Position numbers and translations under genes: made by a program
Part shown: piece after piece, positions 39,111-51,171 of the stretch
Position numbering within the stretch: position 1 is the first letter of the stretch
How the letters are laid out: each line of letters begins with the position of its first letter
Source of the DNA: Chiloscyllium plagiosum
Taxonomy: Eukaryota
Assembly (NCBI RefSeq): GCF_004010195.1
Contig: NC_057719.1
Span: 71,402,831-71,466,830, forward strand
Reading direction: 5' to 3'
Length of the DNA stretch: 64,000 nt
The notes under the pieces: model-generated
Databases searched by the model: none
What the model was told of the DNA's origin: nothing
Seen by the model: the letters and a program-made list of their open reading frames with translations, nothing else

Positions 39111-39649
39111 TCCTTTACGCTGCATTACAAATGCCTCTCCCAGAATCTCAGACTTCATACAGTTAGTCACTGTGGTGCTTTGACCAATTTCCTTGATCTG
39201 GTTCTAGTCTCATTCTGAGGGTTAGGATGTTCTGTGTGCTCTCTTCAGTAAGTATGAATGTTCCTTTCCTAAGGGATTTGTTGAAGTTTCTTGTTTCTCT
39301 TCTTCCCAAGAACCATTATCAGGCACTCCCAAAGCCTTGATAGAAAAGAGGATGGTAATATTGGTTATTTATTCTCTTGGCTATTCACAGCACACGGAAT
39401 TTAGATAACAATGAATTCCCACATTTATTGAGAAACATCTGGCCACCAAATTGGCTGATCCACTCTTGCATAACACTTTGAAATGGCCGAATGCTTTTGA
39501 TCAATTCTGCAAGAATCTCAAATTGAAGAACTCCTGGTATTACTAATCTCTAATTGAAGACTAGCGAGTAGTCAGTAACAATGAGATAACTGTGCTGTTC
39601 ACAATACTGGCATAATATTGGTATTAGGTATATAATATAAGCATACAAG

Positions 39650-40290
39650 AGCAGCAAGTGTTTAGGAAGGTGAATTTTATGTTGCCCTTCATTGCAAGAC
39701 AGTTTGATTGCAGGAGCAAGAAAGTCCTTTTGCAACTGTACAAGTCTTTGGTGAGATCACATCAGAAGGATTTTGTGTTGTTTAGGTCTCCTTGCCTAAG
39801 AGATATTTCTCACAGAGGGAGTGCAGCAAATTTTCACCAGACACTTCCTGGGGTGGCAAGTTTGTCTATGAGGAGAGATTGGGTCAATTGAATGTGTATG
39901 CATTGGAGTTTAGAAGAATAAGGTGGGAGTGCTCTCATTGAAACATGCAATGTTCTGACAGGACCAGACAGATTGGATATAGGGATAATGTTCCCCCTGC
40001 CTGAGGGGTCCAGAACAATGTGTCACTGTCTTAGGGCACAGGATAAGTCATGTCAGACGAAGAGGAGGAGAAATTTCTTTTCTCATATGCTGTTGAACTG
40101 TGGAATTCTCTTCAATGAAAGACGTGGAAGCCAAATTACTGAACATGTTTGAGAAAGAAACAGAATTCTAGCGATTAAATGGGTCAAGATATATTGGGAG
40201 AGCGCGGACATGTGACATTGAGATGGAACAATGGGCATGACTATGTTGATTGGTGGAGCAGAAGGACTATTGTGCCCCACTTTTCTATGT
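39650..40290 (+). mobile_element. CR1 LINE 3' fragment, degraded
   Basis: ORF 39658-39891 KKVLLQLYKSLVRSH; CR1 3' UTR. Confidence 0.8.
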
Positions 40291-43200
40291 TTTTAGAGTC
40301 TGGCCAACCTTCCAGATAGTATTTCTTGATTTGGATACACTTTTCATTTCACATTGTGTTTTTGAATCTTTGCAGCTTCCTTTCTGTAGTTAGTAAATGC
40401 TTTGTGACTTCTGACATGGAGGTTACAAACACTTCACAGAAACCCAAGTCTGCTTGTTCAGTTCCTTTTGGTGATACTCTTGACAGTGTGCCTGCTGTCC
40501 TTTGGTACTTCCCTCGTACATACCCAGTAATTGTGTCATGCCTCATTAGTCTGCATTGTTGAATTCTCGTCAGCATCTTGGCTATTTCCTTTGAAGTTAG
40601 ACCAGTGATCCATGGTTTTGATCTATCTCTTTTTTAAACTGTAACCCCTGCACATAGAGTCATAGCAAAGTACAGTGCGGAAACAGACCCTTCGGTCCAA
40701 CCCGTCCATGCCGAGCAGATATCCTAACCTAATCGAGTCCCACTTGCCAGCACCCGACCCATATCCCTCCAAACCCTTCCTATTCATATACCCATCCAAA
40801 TGCCTTTTAAATGTTGCTATTGTACCAGCCTCCACCACTTCCTCTGGAAGCTCATTCCATATACGTGTCACCCTCTGTGTGAAAAAGTTGCCCCTTAGGT
40901 CTCTTTTTATATCTTTCCCCTCTCACCCTAAACCTATGCCCTCTAGTTCTGGACTCCCCCACCCCAAGGAAAAGACTTTGTCTATTTATCCTATCCAAAC
41001 CCCTCATGATTTTAATAAACCTCTATAAGGTCACCCTTCAGTCTCCGATGCTCCTGAGAAAACAGCTCCAGCCTATTTAACCTCTCCCAATAACTCAAAT
41101 CCTCCAACCTTGGCAACATCCTTGTAAATCTTTTCTGAACCCTTTCAAGTTTCACAACATCCTTCCAAAGGAAGGAGACCAGAATTGCATGCAATATTCC
41201 AACAGTGGCATAACCAATGTCCTGTACAGCCACAACATGACCTCCCAACTTGTGTACTCAATACTCTGACCAATAAAAGAAAGCACACCAAATGCCTTCT
41301 TCATTATTCTATCCACCTGTGACTCAACTTTCACTCCAAGGTCTCTTTGTTCAACAACACGCCCTAGGACCTTACCATTAAGTGTATAAGTCTTGCTGAG
41401 ATTTGCTTTCCCAAAATTCAGCCCCTCGCATTTATCTAAATTAAACTCCATCTGCCACTCCTCAGCCCATTGGCCCACTTGATCAAGATCCCATTGAAAT
41501 CTGAGGTAACCTTCTTCGCTGTCCATAACATCTCCAAGTTTGGTGTCATCTGCAAACTTACTAACTGTACCTCTTATTTTCACATCCAAAGCATTTATAT
41601 AAATGACAAAAAGTAGTGAACTCAGCAGAGATCCTTGTGGTACTCCACTGGTCACAGGCCTCCAGTCTGAAAAACAACCCTCCATCACCACCCTCTGTCT
41701 TCTACCTTCGAGCCAGTTCTGTATCCAAATGGCTAGTTCTCCCTGTATTCCATGAGATCTAACCTTGCCAATCAGTCTCCCATGGGGAACCTTGTCGAAT
41801 GCCTTACTGAAGTCCATGTAGACTGCTCTGCTCTTATCAATCCTCTTTGTTACTTCAAAAAATTCAATCAAGTTTGTGAGACATGATTTCCCACACATAA
41901 AGCCATATTGACTATCCCTATTCAGTCCTTGCCTTTCCAAATACATGTACATCCTGTCCCTCAGGACTCCCTCCAACAACTTGCCCACCACCGATGTCAG
42001 GCTCACCGGTCTATAAATCTTTGCCTTATCCTTACCACCTTTCTTCAATAGCGGCACCACGTTAGCCAACCTCCAGCCTTCCGGCACCTCATCTGTGACT
42101 ATCTATGATACAATTATCTCAGCAAGAGGCCCAGCTATCAATTCCCTAGCTTCCCACAGAGTTCTAGGGTACACCTGATCAAAGACTGGGGATTTATGCA
42201 CATTTATGCATTTCAAGACATCCTGCAATTCCTCTTCTGTAATATGGACATTTTTCAAGATGTCACCATCTATTTCACTACATTCTATATCTTGCCTTCT
42301 CCACAGTAAGCACTGATGCAAAATACTTGGTTAGTATCTCCTCTATCTACTGTGGCTCCACACAAAGACTGCCTTAACTGATCTTTGAGGGGCCCTCTTC
42401 TCTCCCTAGTTATCCTTTTGTCCTTAATGTATTTGTAAAACCCTTTGGATTCTCCTTAATTCTATTTGCCAAAGCTATCTCATGTCCCTTTTTTGCCCTC
42501 CTGATTTCCCTCTTAAGTGTACTCCTACTGCCTTCATACTCATAAGGCTTCACTCGATCCATACCTAACTTTCTCTGGACTCTCGTTATCTCATTTCTGA
42601 AGGCTTTCCATTTTCCATCCTTCCCTTTACCTGCGACCATTTGTCCCCAATCAGCTTTTGAAAGTTCTTGCCTAATACCATCAAAATTAATGTTCCTCCA
42701 ATTTAGAACTTCAACTTTTAGATCTGGTCTATCCTTTCCTTCACTATTTTAAAACTAATAGAATTATGGTTGCTGGCCTCAAAGTGCTCCCCCACTGACA
42801 CCTCAGTCACCTGCCCTGCCTTATTTCCTAAGAGTAGGTCAAGTTTTGCACCTTCTCTAGTAGGTACATCCACATACTGAATCAGAAAGTTTTCTTGTAC
42901 ACACTTAACAAATTCCTCTCCATCGAAACGCTGAACACTATGGCAATCCCAATCTATGTTTGGAAAGTTAAAATCCCCTACCCTAACTGAAATCTCCTTA
43001 CAAATTTGTTTCTCAATTTCTCTCTGACTATTAGGGGTCTATAATACAATCCCAATAAGGTGATCAACCCTTTCTTATTTCTCATTTCCATCCAAATAGC
43101 TTCCCTAGATATATTTCCAGGAATATCCTCCCTCAGTGCAGCTGTTGATTAAACTTAAAAATATAAGCGATAAGTATTAAGTTAGCCTGGAGCAGTGTTT

Positions 43201-44055
43201 TGTAGAGGAATAAGATGGTGTTATGTTCTGGGTCTGTAGATTGGAAGAATCATAAATGGCCCTTAGTAGAGTGATACATTCTTCTTGTTGGATGTGGGAG
43301 TTTAGGGAGAGTTTAAGTGTAATCCCTTATCAAAAACGTCACTCTCCCTCCTCTGTTGCCTCCCTTTCTGTCCTTCCTGTAGCATTTGTATCCTGGAACA
43401 TTAAGCTGCCAGTCCTGCCCAACCCTGAGCCATATTTCTTTGATTGCTATGATATCCCAGTCCTATGTTCCTAATCATGCCCTGAGTTCATCTGCCTTCC
43501 CTTTTAGGCTCCTTGCATTGAAGTAAATGCAGTTTAATTGAACAGTCATACATTGTTCTCCGCTTTGTCTCTGCCTGTCCTGATTGTTTGATTCGCTTCT
43601 TTTCCCAACTGTACCAGTATCAGGTTGATCTCTTTCTTCACTATCTCTCTGGACCCACCCTCCCTCAACACCTTACTAGTTTAAATCCTCCCAGGCAGCT
43701 CTTGCAAATCTCCTTGCTAATATATTAGTTCCCTTCCAATTCAGGTGCAATCCATCTTTCTTGTACAGGTCACTTCTATCCCAGAAGAGATTACAATGAT
43801 CCAAAAATGTGATTCCTTCTCCCATACATTAGCTCCTCAGTCATGCATTCATCTGTTCTATCCTCCTCTTGTAGCACTGGGAGTAATCCAGATATTACTA
43901 CTCTGAAGGACCTCCTTTTAAAATTCCTGCTGAACTCTCTATATTCTCTCTTCAAAATCTCATCCTTTTCCCTTCCTATGTCATTAGTTCCAATATGTAC
44001 AATGACCTCCTGCTGGTCCCTCTCCCCATTGAGAACATTCTGCACCCTCTCTGAG

Positions 44056-44254
44056 GAGAAAGTGAGGGCTGCAGATGCTGGAGATCAGAGCTGAAAATGT
44101 GTTGCTGGAAAAGCGCAGCAGGTCAGGCAGCATCCAAGGAACAGGAAAATCGACGTTTCGGGCATAAGCCCTTCTTCTTTGCGCGAAACGTCGATTCTCC
44201 TGTTCCTTGGATGCTGCCTGACCTGCTGCGCTTTTCCAGCAACACATTTTCAGC
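44056..44254. mobile_element. Penelope-like fold-back insertion (family A) in CR1 ORF1
   Basis: Inverted arms about 44085-44160 / 44185-44258; 17-bp duplication tctgca(c/t)cctctctgag at 44039-44055 and 44255-44271; the CUGA of the hammerhead core is lost. Confidence 0.85.
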
Positions 44255-44780
44255 TCTGCATCCTCTCTGAGACATCCTTGATCCTGGCACAGGGAAGCAA
44301 CACACCATTCTGAATTTTTGCTGATGGCCACAGAAACATCTGTTTGTATCTTGGAGTAGAGAGTCCCCTAACACAATTGATCTCTTGGAGCCTGACGTAC
44401 CCCTCATTGCCTTACAGCCAGTCTCAATACCAGAAATTTGACTGCTCGTGCTACATTCCCCTGAGAATCCTTCACTCCTACATCTTCCAAAACAGCATAT
44501 TCATTTGAAATGTGGATAGCCACATAGACTCCTGCACTACCTGCCTGCCTCTCTTAGCTTTCCTGGAGTTAACCCATCTATGTGACTGTATCTGCGACTT
44601 TTCTCCCTTCCTATAACTGTCATCCATCACACCCCCTTGCTCTTGTAAATTCCTCATTGCCTCTAACTGGTGCTCCAACCAATCCATTTGATCAGGCAGG
44701 ATTCACAACCAATGATATTTATTGCAGATAAATGCTTAACACTTATACTCTCCCTAAACTCCCACATCCAACAAGAAGAT

Positions 44781-45104
44781 GTGGGCAGCACGGTGGTACA
44801 GTGGTTAGCACTGCTGCCTCACAGCACCAGAGACCCGGGTTCAATTCCCGCCTCAGGCGACTGACTGTGTGGAGTTTGCACATTCTCCCCGTGTCTGCGT
44901 GGGTTTCCTCCGGGTGCTCCGGTTTCCTCCCACAGTCCAAAGATGTGCAGGTCAGGTAAATTGGCCATGCTAAATTGCCCGTAGTGTTAGGTAAGGGGTA
45001 AATGTAGGGGTATGGATGGGTTGCGCTTCGGCGGGTCGGTGTGGACTTGTTGGGCCGAAGGGCCTGTATCCACACTGTAATGTAATGTAATCTAATCTAA
45101 TCTA
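44781..45104 (+). mobile_element. HE1-like V-SINE, full length and young
   Basis: A box tggtacagtgg, B box gggttcaattccc, V-domain tgtgtggagtttgcacattctccccgtgtctgcgtgggtttcctcc, CR1-type tail, (taatc)n end. Confidence 0.92.
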
Positions 45105-45789
45105 AGAATGTATTACTCTACTAAGGGCCATTATGCTTCTTCCAATCTATAGACCCAGAACATAACACCATCTTAGTCCTCTACAAAACACTGCTCCAGG
45201 CTAACTTAATACTTATTGCTTATATTTTTAAGTTTAATCAACAGACATATCTCTATAAAATATATAATCAAGAAAGAATCCACTCTACTCGCTATTGTAG
45301 ATTTACAGCAAGGCTATACTTAAAACTATTCACTTATCTGTTACTGTGTTGTGACCTCTCCCAAGCAGGCTCCTCCAAGATCAGTTGTGAATTTCACTGT
45401 TTGTTAAGCTTTCCTAGACACATTCTGATGTCCAGTGATACATGAATTCCAACAGCAAAGGCAGTAACCGCACAGGTTTACTCCTGTGTCAGTTAGCAAT
45501 GTCCATTTCTTTCCCTGTCTCTCCTACACTGACCTGATCATGTGCTGCCTATTGTCTGTCTTTCTCCCTTTTAAAAGTGCCATTGCTTTGTTTTTTTTTC
45601 TCCGAAGTTCCAAAACAATGCAGCAACATGTAAAACAGTAACTGCTGCTCCTGAAATTCAAGGAAGTCACCTCCAACACCTAAAATACCTCAAACAAGGG
45701 AGCAGTCTGTTATAGTCAGAAATTTTTCCCGTTCTCCATATAATCTGGATCTTTTTTTCACAGTGCCGTGTTACTGCGAAAGCTTCTTT

Positions 45790-47750
45790 GTCAAATGTGC
45801 CTCAACATTGTTCCACCTCAGCACATGATTAAGAGACACAGGTTTACTTTTTCATCATTACTTTTTTTTCATAATTCTACACACACAAAAGTACTGCCCC
45901 AACCTTACACAAGAAGCCTCAGCTGGCTTTATTGTCAGTAGATGCAATACATGATGTAGTGAGATTTGTGAAAAGATCAGGAGTTGCTTAACTTTGTCAA
46001 AAGCACTTTCCTGGTCAATGTTCTAGTACCAGTATTGATTTTGACATTGTAACTATCTCAAAGACTCACTAATGTCAGCTACATTTGATAAAAACCTGCC
46101 TATTTCATTCACCATTCCAAAGAATCTTTGAAGTTTTGTGACATTCCTACAGGTAATGTGAAGTCTCTAACAGTCCTGCTTTTCTGAGACTCTCCTGTAG
46201 TTCTTCTAGCTTGGACAATATACCCGAAATAGCTTATTTTCAATTTTTCAAACATGCAGTTCTCATTCAATCTCAGACCAACATTCTGTCAGACATTTAA
46301 CATTGTTCTAAGTCCATGTATTAATATGTTGTATCTGTGGCATTTCAAACCAACTTTATCTTTTAATATGTTTGGCATTGTTCTCTGAAATAATTCTGGA
46401 CAGGATGGTATTTTGATGAATAACCAGTTGAAGCAATTATACCTGTGTGTTATAATACACATAGTCAGCTTTCAAGAGTCTTCATCCAAAGGTAAATGTC
46501 AAACTCCATTGTTAGCATCCAGTTGGTGAATACGGCCTTCTTGACCAGTTTGGACCATTTTGATTTTGGTGCTGTGACCATACCTGAACACTATCATGTT
46601 GGCATATTAATTGACAAAATTACTCCTTGTCTGAGCAAGCACTCTATTTCTTCTCCAACTTTATTCAACAAAGGGCTGGCACATTTCTTCCTGTATTTAA
46701 GTGGATTGGTTTTGCATTGTCCCTTTGGGTAATATGATGCTCTGTCTTTAATTTCTGAAAAATAAGCGTAATTTTCGGAATTTACTTGAAAATACACTTC
46801 CTCAGCCTGCGTCCGCAATTTCATCAACTTTATAGATTCTTTAAAATATTCAGTGAATCCTCATGTGTTAAAGCAACATGCTAATTTAAAGTGAACCACA
46901 CTTGCAATGTTGCAGCACCATACTTACATGGCTGGACAGTCTTTCCATGTGTGATGTGTCCCTTCCAGATTGGGGACACCTCAAAGGTGGTGATTGGCCT
47001 TTGTATGCTTTATCCCTGTGGCCAACAAATTAAATCACTACATGTGAAAAGAAATCATGGAATCTTGATATGTCAACAATGTTCTCTTCAACACATGAGG
47101 ATTCACTGAATATTTTAAAGAATCTATAAAGTTGATGAAATTGCGGATGCAGGCTGAGGAAGTGCATTTTCAAGTAAATTCCGAAAATTACTATTATTTT
47201 TCTGAAATTAAAGACAGAGCATCATATTACCCAAAGGGACAATGCAAAACCAATCCATTTAAATACAGGAAGAAATGTGCTACCCTCTTGTTGAATAAAG
47301 TTGGAGAAGTGATTTTCTTCATGGTGTACAATTTTCTGCTCAAACTGACATGGTATTCTACTTTTGAAGGTCTGTCGGCCTAGAACTTCAGATTCTCAAA
47401 CATTAAATCCTCTTCAGTCTCTGAAAGGTCTGAGAAGATCTCATCGGATGATCCAATAATGAGTTAATTCTACCTTCAACCCTTCAAATGTACAATTCTC
47501 TGCCAGCCTATAAAGATCAGTAATGAACAAATCCATGCTTTCACTTGGCCTTTGCTTTCTTCTATTAAACTTCAATCACTCAATAATTATATTTCTCTGA
47601 GCACTAAAATTAGCAGCAAATGTGCATAACAACTCTTCATATGGTGCTGTGTTCTACCCAATATCCTGTCTTGTTAATACATCATTAGCAATGATTCCCA
47701 ATGCACTGACCTAGTCATTCTAATCTTTCTTATTGAATGCTAAAACTGTT
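45790..47750 (-). mobile_element. Ty3/Gypsy LTR retrotransposon internal remnant (gag, zinc knuckle, RT, RNase H start)
   Basis: Hand translation: KFNRRKQRPSESMDLFITDLYRLAENCTFEGLKVEL (gag, about 47465-47572); H-T-W-K-D-C-P-A knuckle (about 46930-46980); LLNKVGEEIECLLRQGVI and LDANNG..LPLDEDS (RT); many stops. Confidence 0.8.
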
Positions 47751-48279
47751 CACTGCCTCATAAGGTGGCATAGTGGTTAGCACTGCTGTCTCCCAGCACT
47801 AGGGATCTGGGCTTGATCCCAGCTTTGGATGGATGATTTGTGGATTTTGCACATTCTTCCATTTCTGTTGGGTGCTCTGTTTTCCTCCCACAATCTAAAG
47901 ATATGCAGGTTAGGTGGATTGGTCATGCAAAACTGCCTTGTACTGACTAGGAATGCACAGGTTAGGTGGATTAGCCATGTGAAAGGTGGAGTTACAGGGA
48001 TAGGGTTGGGGCTGGGGCTGGGTCTGGGTGAGATGCTGTTTGAAAGGTCAGCGCAGACTTGAAGGGCCTCTATCTGCATTGTAGGGATTCTATGATACAG
48101 GACCTAAAACTGCTCACAATATTCCTAACGCAGTGTTACCAGCACCTTATAAATTCAACCTTTACCATGGTGGCAACAGGAAGCAGAAATATCTTGGATG
48201 TGGTGCCCAATGTTGTATTTAATGGATGTGCAAACAGTCAGTAGTCAATGCCTCATGGGTCTGAAAGTACTCTTCTTAC

Positions 48280-48403
48280 CAGGGTATCCTTGTTTGTGAA
48301 GTGAACCATCCAGCCTTCCTTCAGCACAGTGCTACTCCTCCTCTTTGTGTGTTTAATAGATTGGACCACTCTCATCAAAGGAATGTTATTACTTGTAGAA
48401 GGG
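48280..48403 (-). CDS. prkd1: Protein kinase D1, coding exon (about exon 8), start of PH domain
   Basis: (S)[41 protein letters not shown]; acceptor cttcgaag, donor gtaaga; 124 nt; not in the ORF track, translated by hand. Confidence 0.96.
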
Positions 48404-50039
48404 CTTCGAAGAGAAATAAAACAAAACAGCAAAACTTCAATAATTTAGAATTTGCAAACATTTTTCCCAGGTGTGAAATGATACTATATATTCCTAGAAT
48501 AAAATGATCCAGCAGTCTGTCTCTAAACCTCATCAGATGCCCCAAAGGTCACTTTCCTTAATTACCTTCCTTCACTAATCCCTTCTGTGATTGTGATCCA
48601 TTAGCCCCTTTCCACTCACTCGTAAATTGGAATGATTGGCAGACACCCATATAGGGTAGGGGGTGGGTCTGGGTGGGATGCTGTTCGGAAGGTTCTTGTG
48701 GACTCTACAGCTGAATGGCCTGCTTCCACACTGTAGGGATTTTGTGATTCCTGGACTAAATTCCAGCCAATAAAAAATAATGGTAAATTTCCATTTTTAT
48801 CCACTCATTTGTTTCACATTTTTATTTTGCCTTTGGACTATTTTTAATTGTCTATTTGAATCATTTCCTGGCATTTAAATCATTGTTTCTTGATTATTTT
48901 GCCCTTTCCACAACTAATTATATTGTGCTGATTGTACATACCTTATCTTCCTGCTCCTATTGTCTCACTACTGCATCTTTTGTTCTCCATGGATAGTCTG
49001 CAGCAAGATGTACTTATGGGTTTACTATCCAGCTAACTGGAAGAATAAAGATCGCTCAGGAGGTGCATGTTGACTGGGCAAAATTAGTAACACTCTAGTG
49101 AGCATTTTGAGGAACAAAAGAAGATAGGCAGTTTGAAAAACAATGCTACACAGTGACCAGAATTACTACTTTGACCGATATATTACTTTTTTTATCAGAT
49201 CTACTGCACGGAGATACAGTCGATAGAAAGGCTGTGGCTAACAAGTAAAACTTAGATTTAGAATTTGGGGTGAATCTGGATAATGACATTTCTTGCAACG
49301 GAAATATTTACAAACTTTTCCTTTTCAACTGACAATAAGAATTAGGAGTATAGAAAATGCGTGAAGAGAAATCCCACAAAGGCACTCTGCCTATCAAACT
49401 GATAGTTGTTGAAAATGATCAATTTTAATGTCAGCTGGTAGATTTGATTTATTGGTCTGTAGACAAGCAAAGTTTTATACACTCTATTCAACAATGAAGC
49501 AATCACGTGACCATCCTTGCAGGGAAAGAACAAAGGAATGAGAAAACTTGAGGCCTAAATGAAAAATTAAAATTGCTCTGCACATATTTTGTCTATAGAA
49601 TTATTTACCAAAGTTGTACAGTTGGGAAGAAATTATTGCTTTTTGTTTTGGAAATAAGGTAGATATGTCACAACAAACAGTGGTTAGAGTTAGCATTTTA
49701 CTAATCTGATGGTAGGTGGAAACAATTTTGATTTTCAATTTGAAAATGTTCAGCAAACAGTATAGCTTATAATCTCAAACTGTAAGTAATTCTGGTGAGC
49801 CTTCAATGTGTAATTACTTCTTTTTAACTTTGAGTTCTCCATCAACTTAGCTCTCACATTATCTACTTGAAAGCTTTAATCTACAAAATCATCTTCACAA
49901 CACTTAGTCAATTTTGACATAATTTCCATTTTGCAGATTTCCATAAGGCAAAAAGGTATTAGCTTCCCTAGTATTCCATTTTCTGCCATCCAATGTGTTA
50001 ACACATTCCTCCCCATTTTAAGCAGGCAATTAGCAAATT

Positions 50040-50550
50040 AAGAACACAAGAGCCACAGCACGCCATCCAGGCCCTTCAGCCCCCTCTTATTTAGATCATG
50101 GCTGACCACACATCACAGTGCCATATTGCTGCACAACCCGATATCACTTGATCTCAGTAGTAACTCAGAATATTTCAATCTGGCAATTACTTATTAATTG
50201 AGCTTCCACAGCTCTCTGTGATGGAGATAAACAAAGATATACACCCTCCAAGTGAAGAGGTTCCACCTCAACTCAGTCATAAATGGTTTGGCTTTTATTC
50301 TGAGACTTTGCCCATTGTCCTAGATCGAACAGCCAGAGGAAGCATGCTTTCTGAAAATTCTGTCTATCCCTTTAACAATTTTGTAAGTTTCTATAAGATT
50401 GCCTTCTCACTCTTCTTAACTCCAAAGAATTCAAACCTAGTCTCCTTAATGGTCAGTCCCATCACCGATGGAATCAGACTAGTGAATCACTGCTGCACTC
50501 CACAGCAAGAGGACCAGACTGAATACAATACTAGGTCAGAGGCACAGTCT
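50040..50550 (-). mobile_element. CR1 LINE 3' fragment, degraded
   Basis: agaacacaagag...tagatcatggctga tail and CR1 ORF2-end remnants. Confidence 0.65.
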
Positions 50551-50597
50551 TGCATCTGTTCTCTCCAACTGAAGCAAAACCCCTTTGTTTCTGCATT

Positions 50598-50945
50598 AGG
50601 TGAGGTGGTGGTATAGTGGCAATAGTATAATGTATTAGAAATCCAGAATCCTAGGCCAATGTTTTGCCATCATGGGTTTGAATCCCACCATAAGAAATGG
50701 TGGAAAATCAAACAATCAGGAATAGAGAGTTGGTCTAACGATGGCCTGTGAGTACTGTGGGCTATCATAAAAAACTCATTTAGCTTGTATCTGTCCTTTA
50801 TGGAAGGAAATTAGCCATTGTTACCTGGTCTGGCCCAAATGTGACTCCCGAGTCACAACGTTGTGATTGACTCTTAACTGTTTTCTGGGCAATAGATGCC
50901 ACCCTACCCAGTGATGCTTACATTCCATGAATGAATTATAAAAAC
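50598..50945 (+). mobile_element. LF-SINE-like tRNA-derived SINE
   Basis: A box tggtatagtgg, B box gggtttgaatccc, body ggaaggaaat...cctggtctggccc...tgtgactcc...ttgactcttaactg, tail cattccatgaatgaat; matches the head and tail of the LINE at 24708-27861. Confidence 0.65.
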
Positions 50946-51171
50946 TCAAATCTTCTTTCAATAATGGCTAACCATTTTACCGTTTGTTTTTGGAACTGCT
51001 TGCATGCTAGCTTTCAGTGACATATGAACACCGAGGTCACTTTGGACATCAACAATGAACAATCTCTCATCAATCAAGAAATATCCTGTACCATTGTTTG
51101 TCCTACTAAAGTGAATAACCTCAGATTTATTCATATTATATTCCATCTGCCATGCTCATATCCACTCGCGC

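Larger units (their letters stand above)
40653..45750 (-). mobile_element. Near full-length CR1 (HER1-like) LINE, inactive
   Basis: ORF1 start near 45131 with esterase motifs IVLGDS and IVHIGTNDIG; endonuclease region about 42650-43600; RT ORF 41152-42087 (YMDFSKAFDKVPH, SGVPQGS, KFADDTK); catagagtcatag tail; several frameshifts and nested insertions. Confidence 0.93.

Noticed and set aside
44781..44855. tRNA gene at the SINE head (also 22487, 13024, 50598)
   Set aside because: A and B boxes are present, but they run into SINE bodies and tails and I could not fold a complete cloverleaf.
47132..47383. Twin ORFs 46594-46827 and 47132-47383 as a duplicated small gene
   Set aside because: Both are readings of the inverted-duplicated, frameshifted Gypsy RT start.
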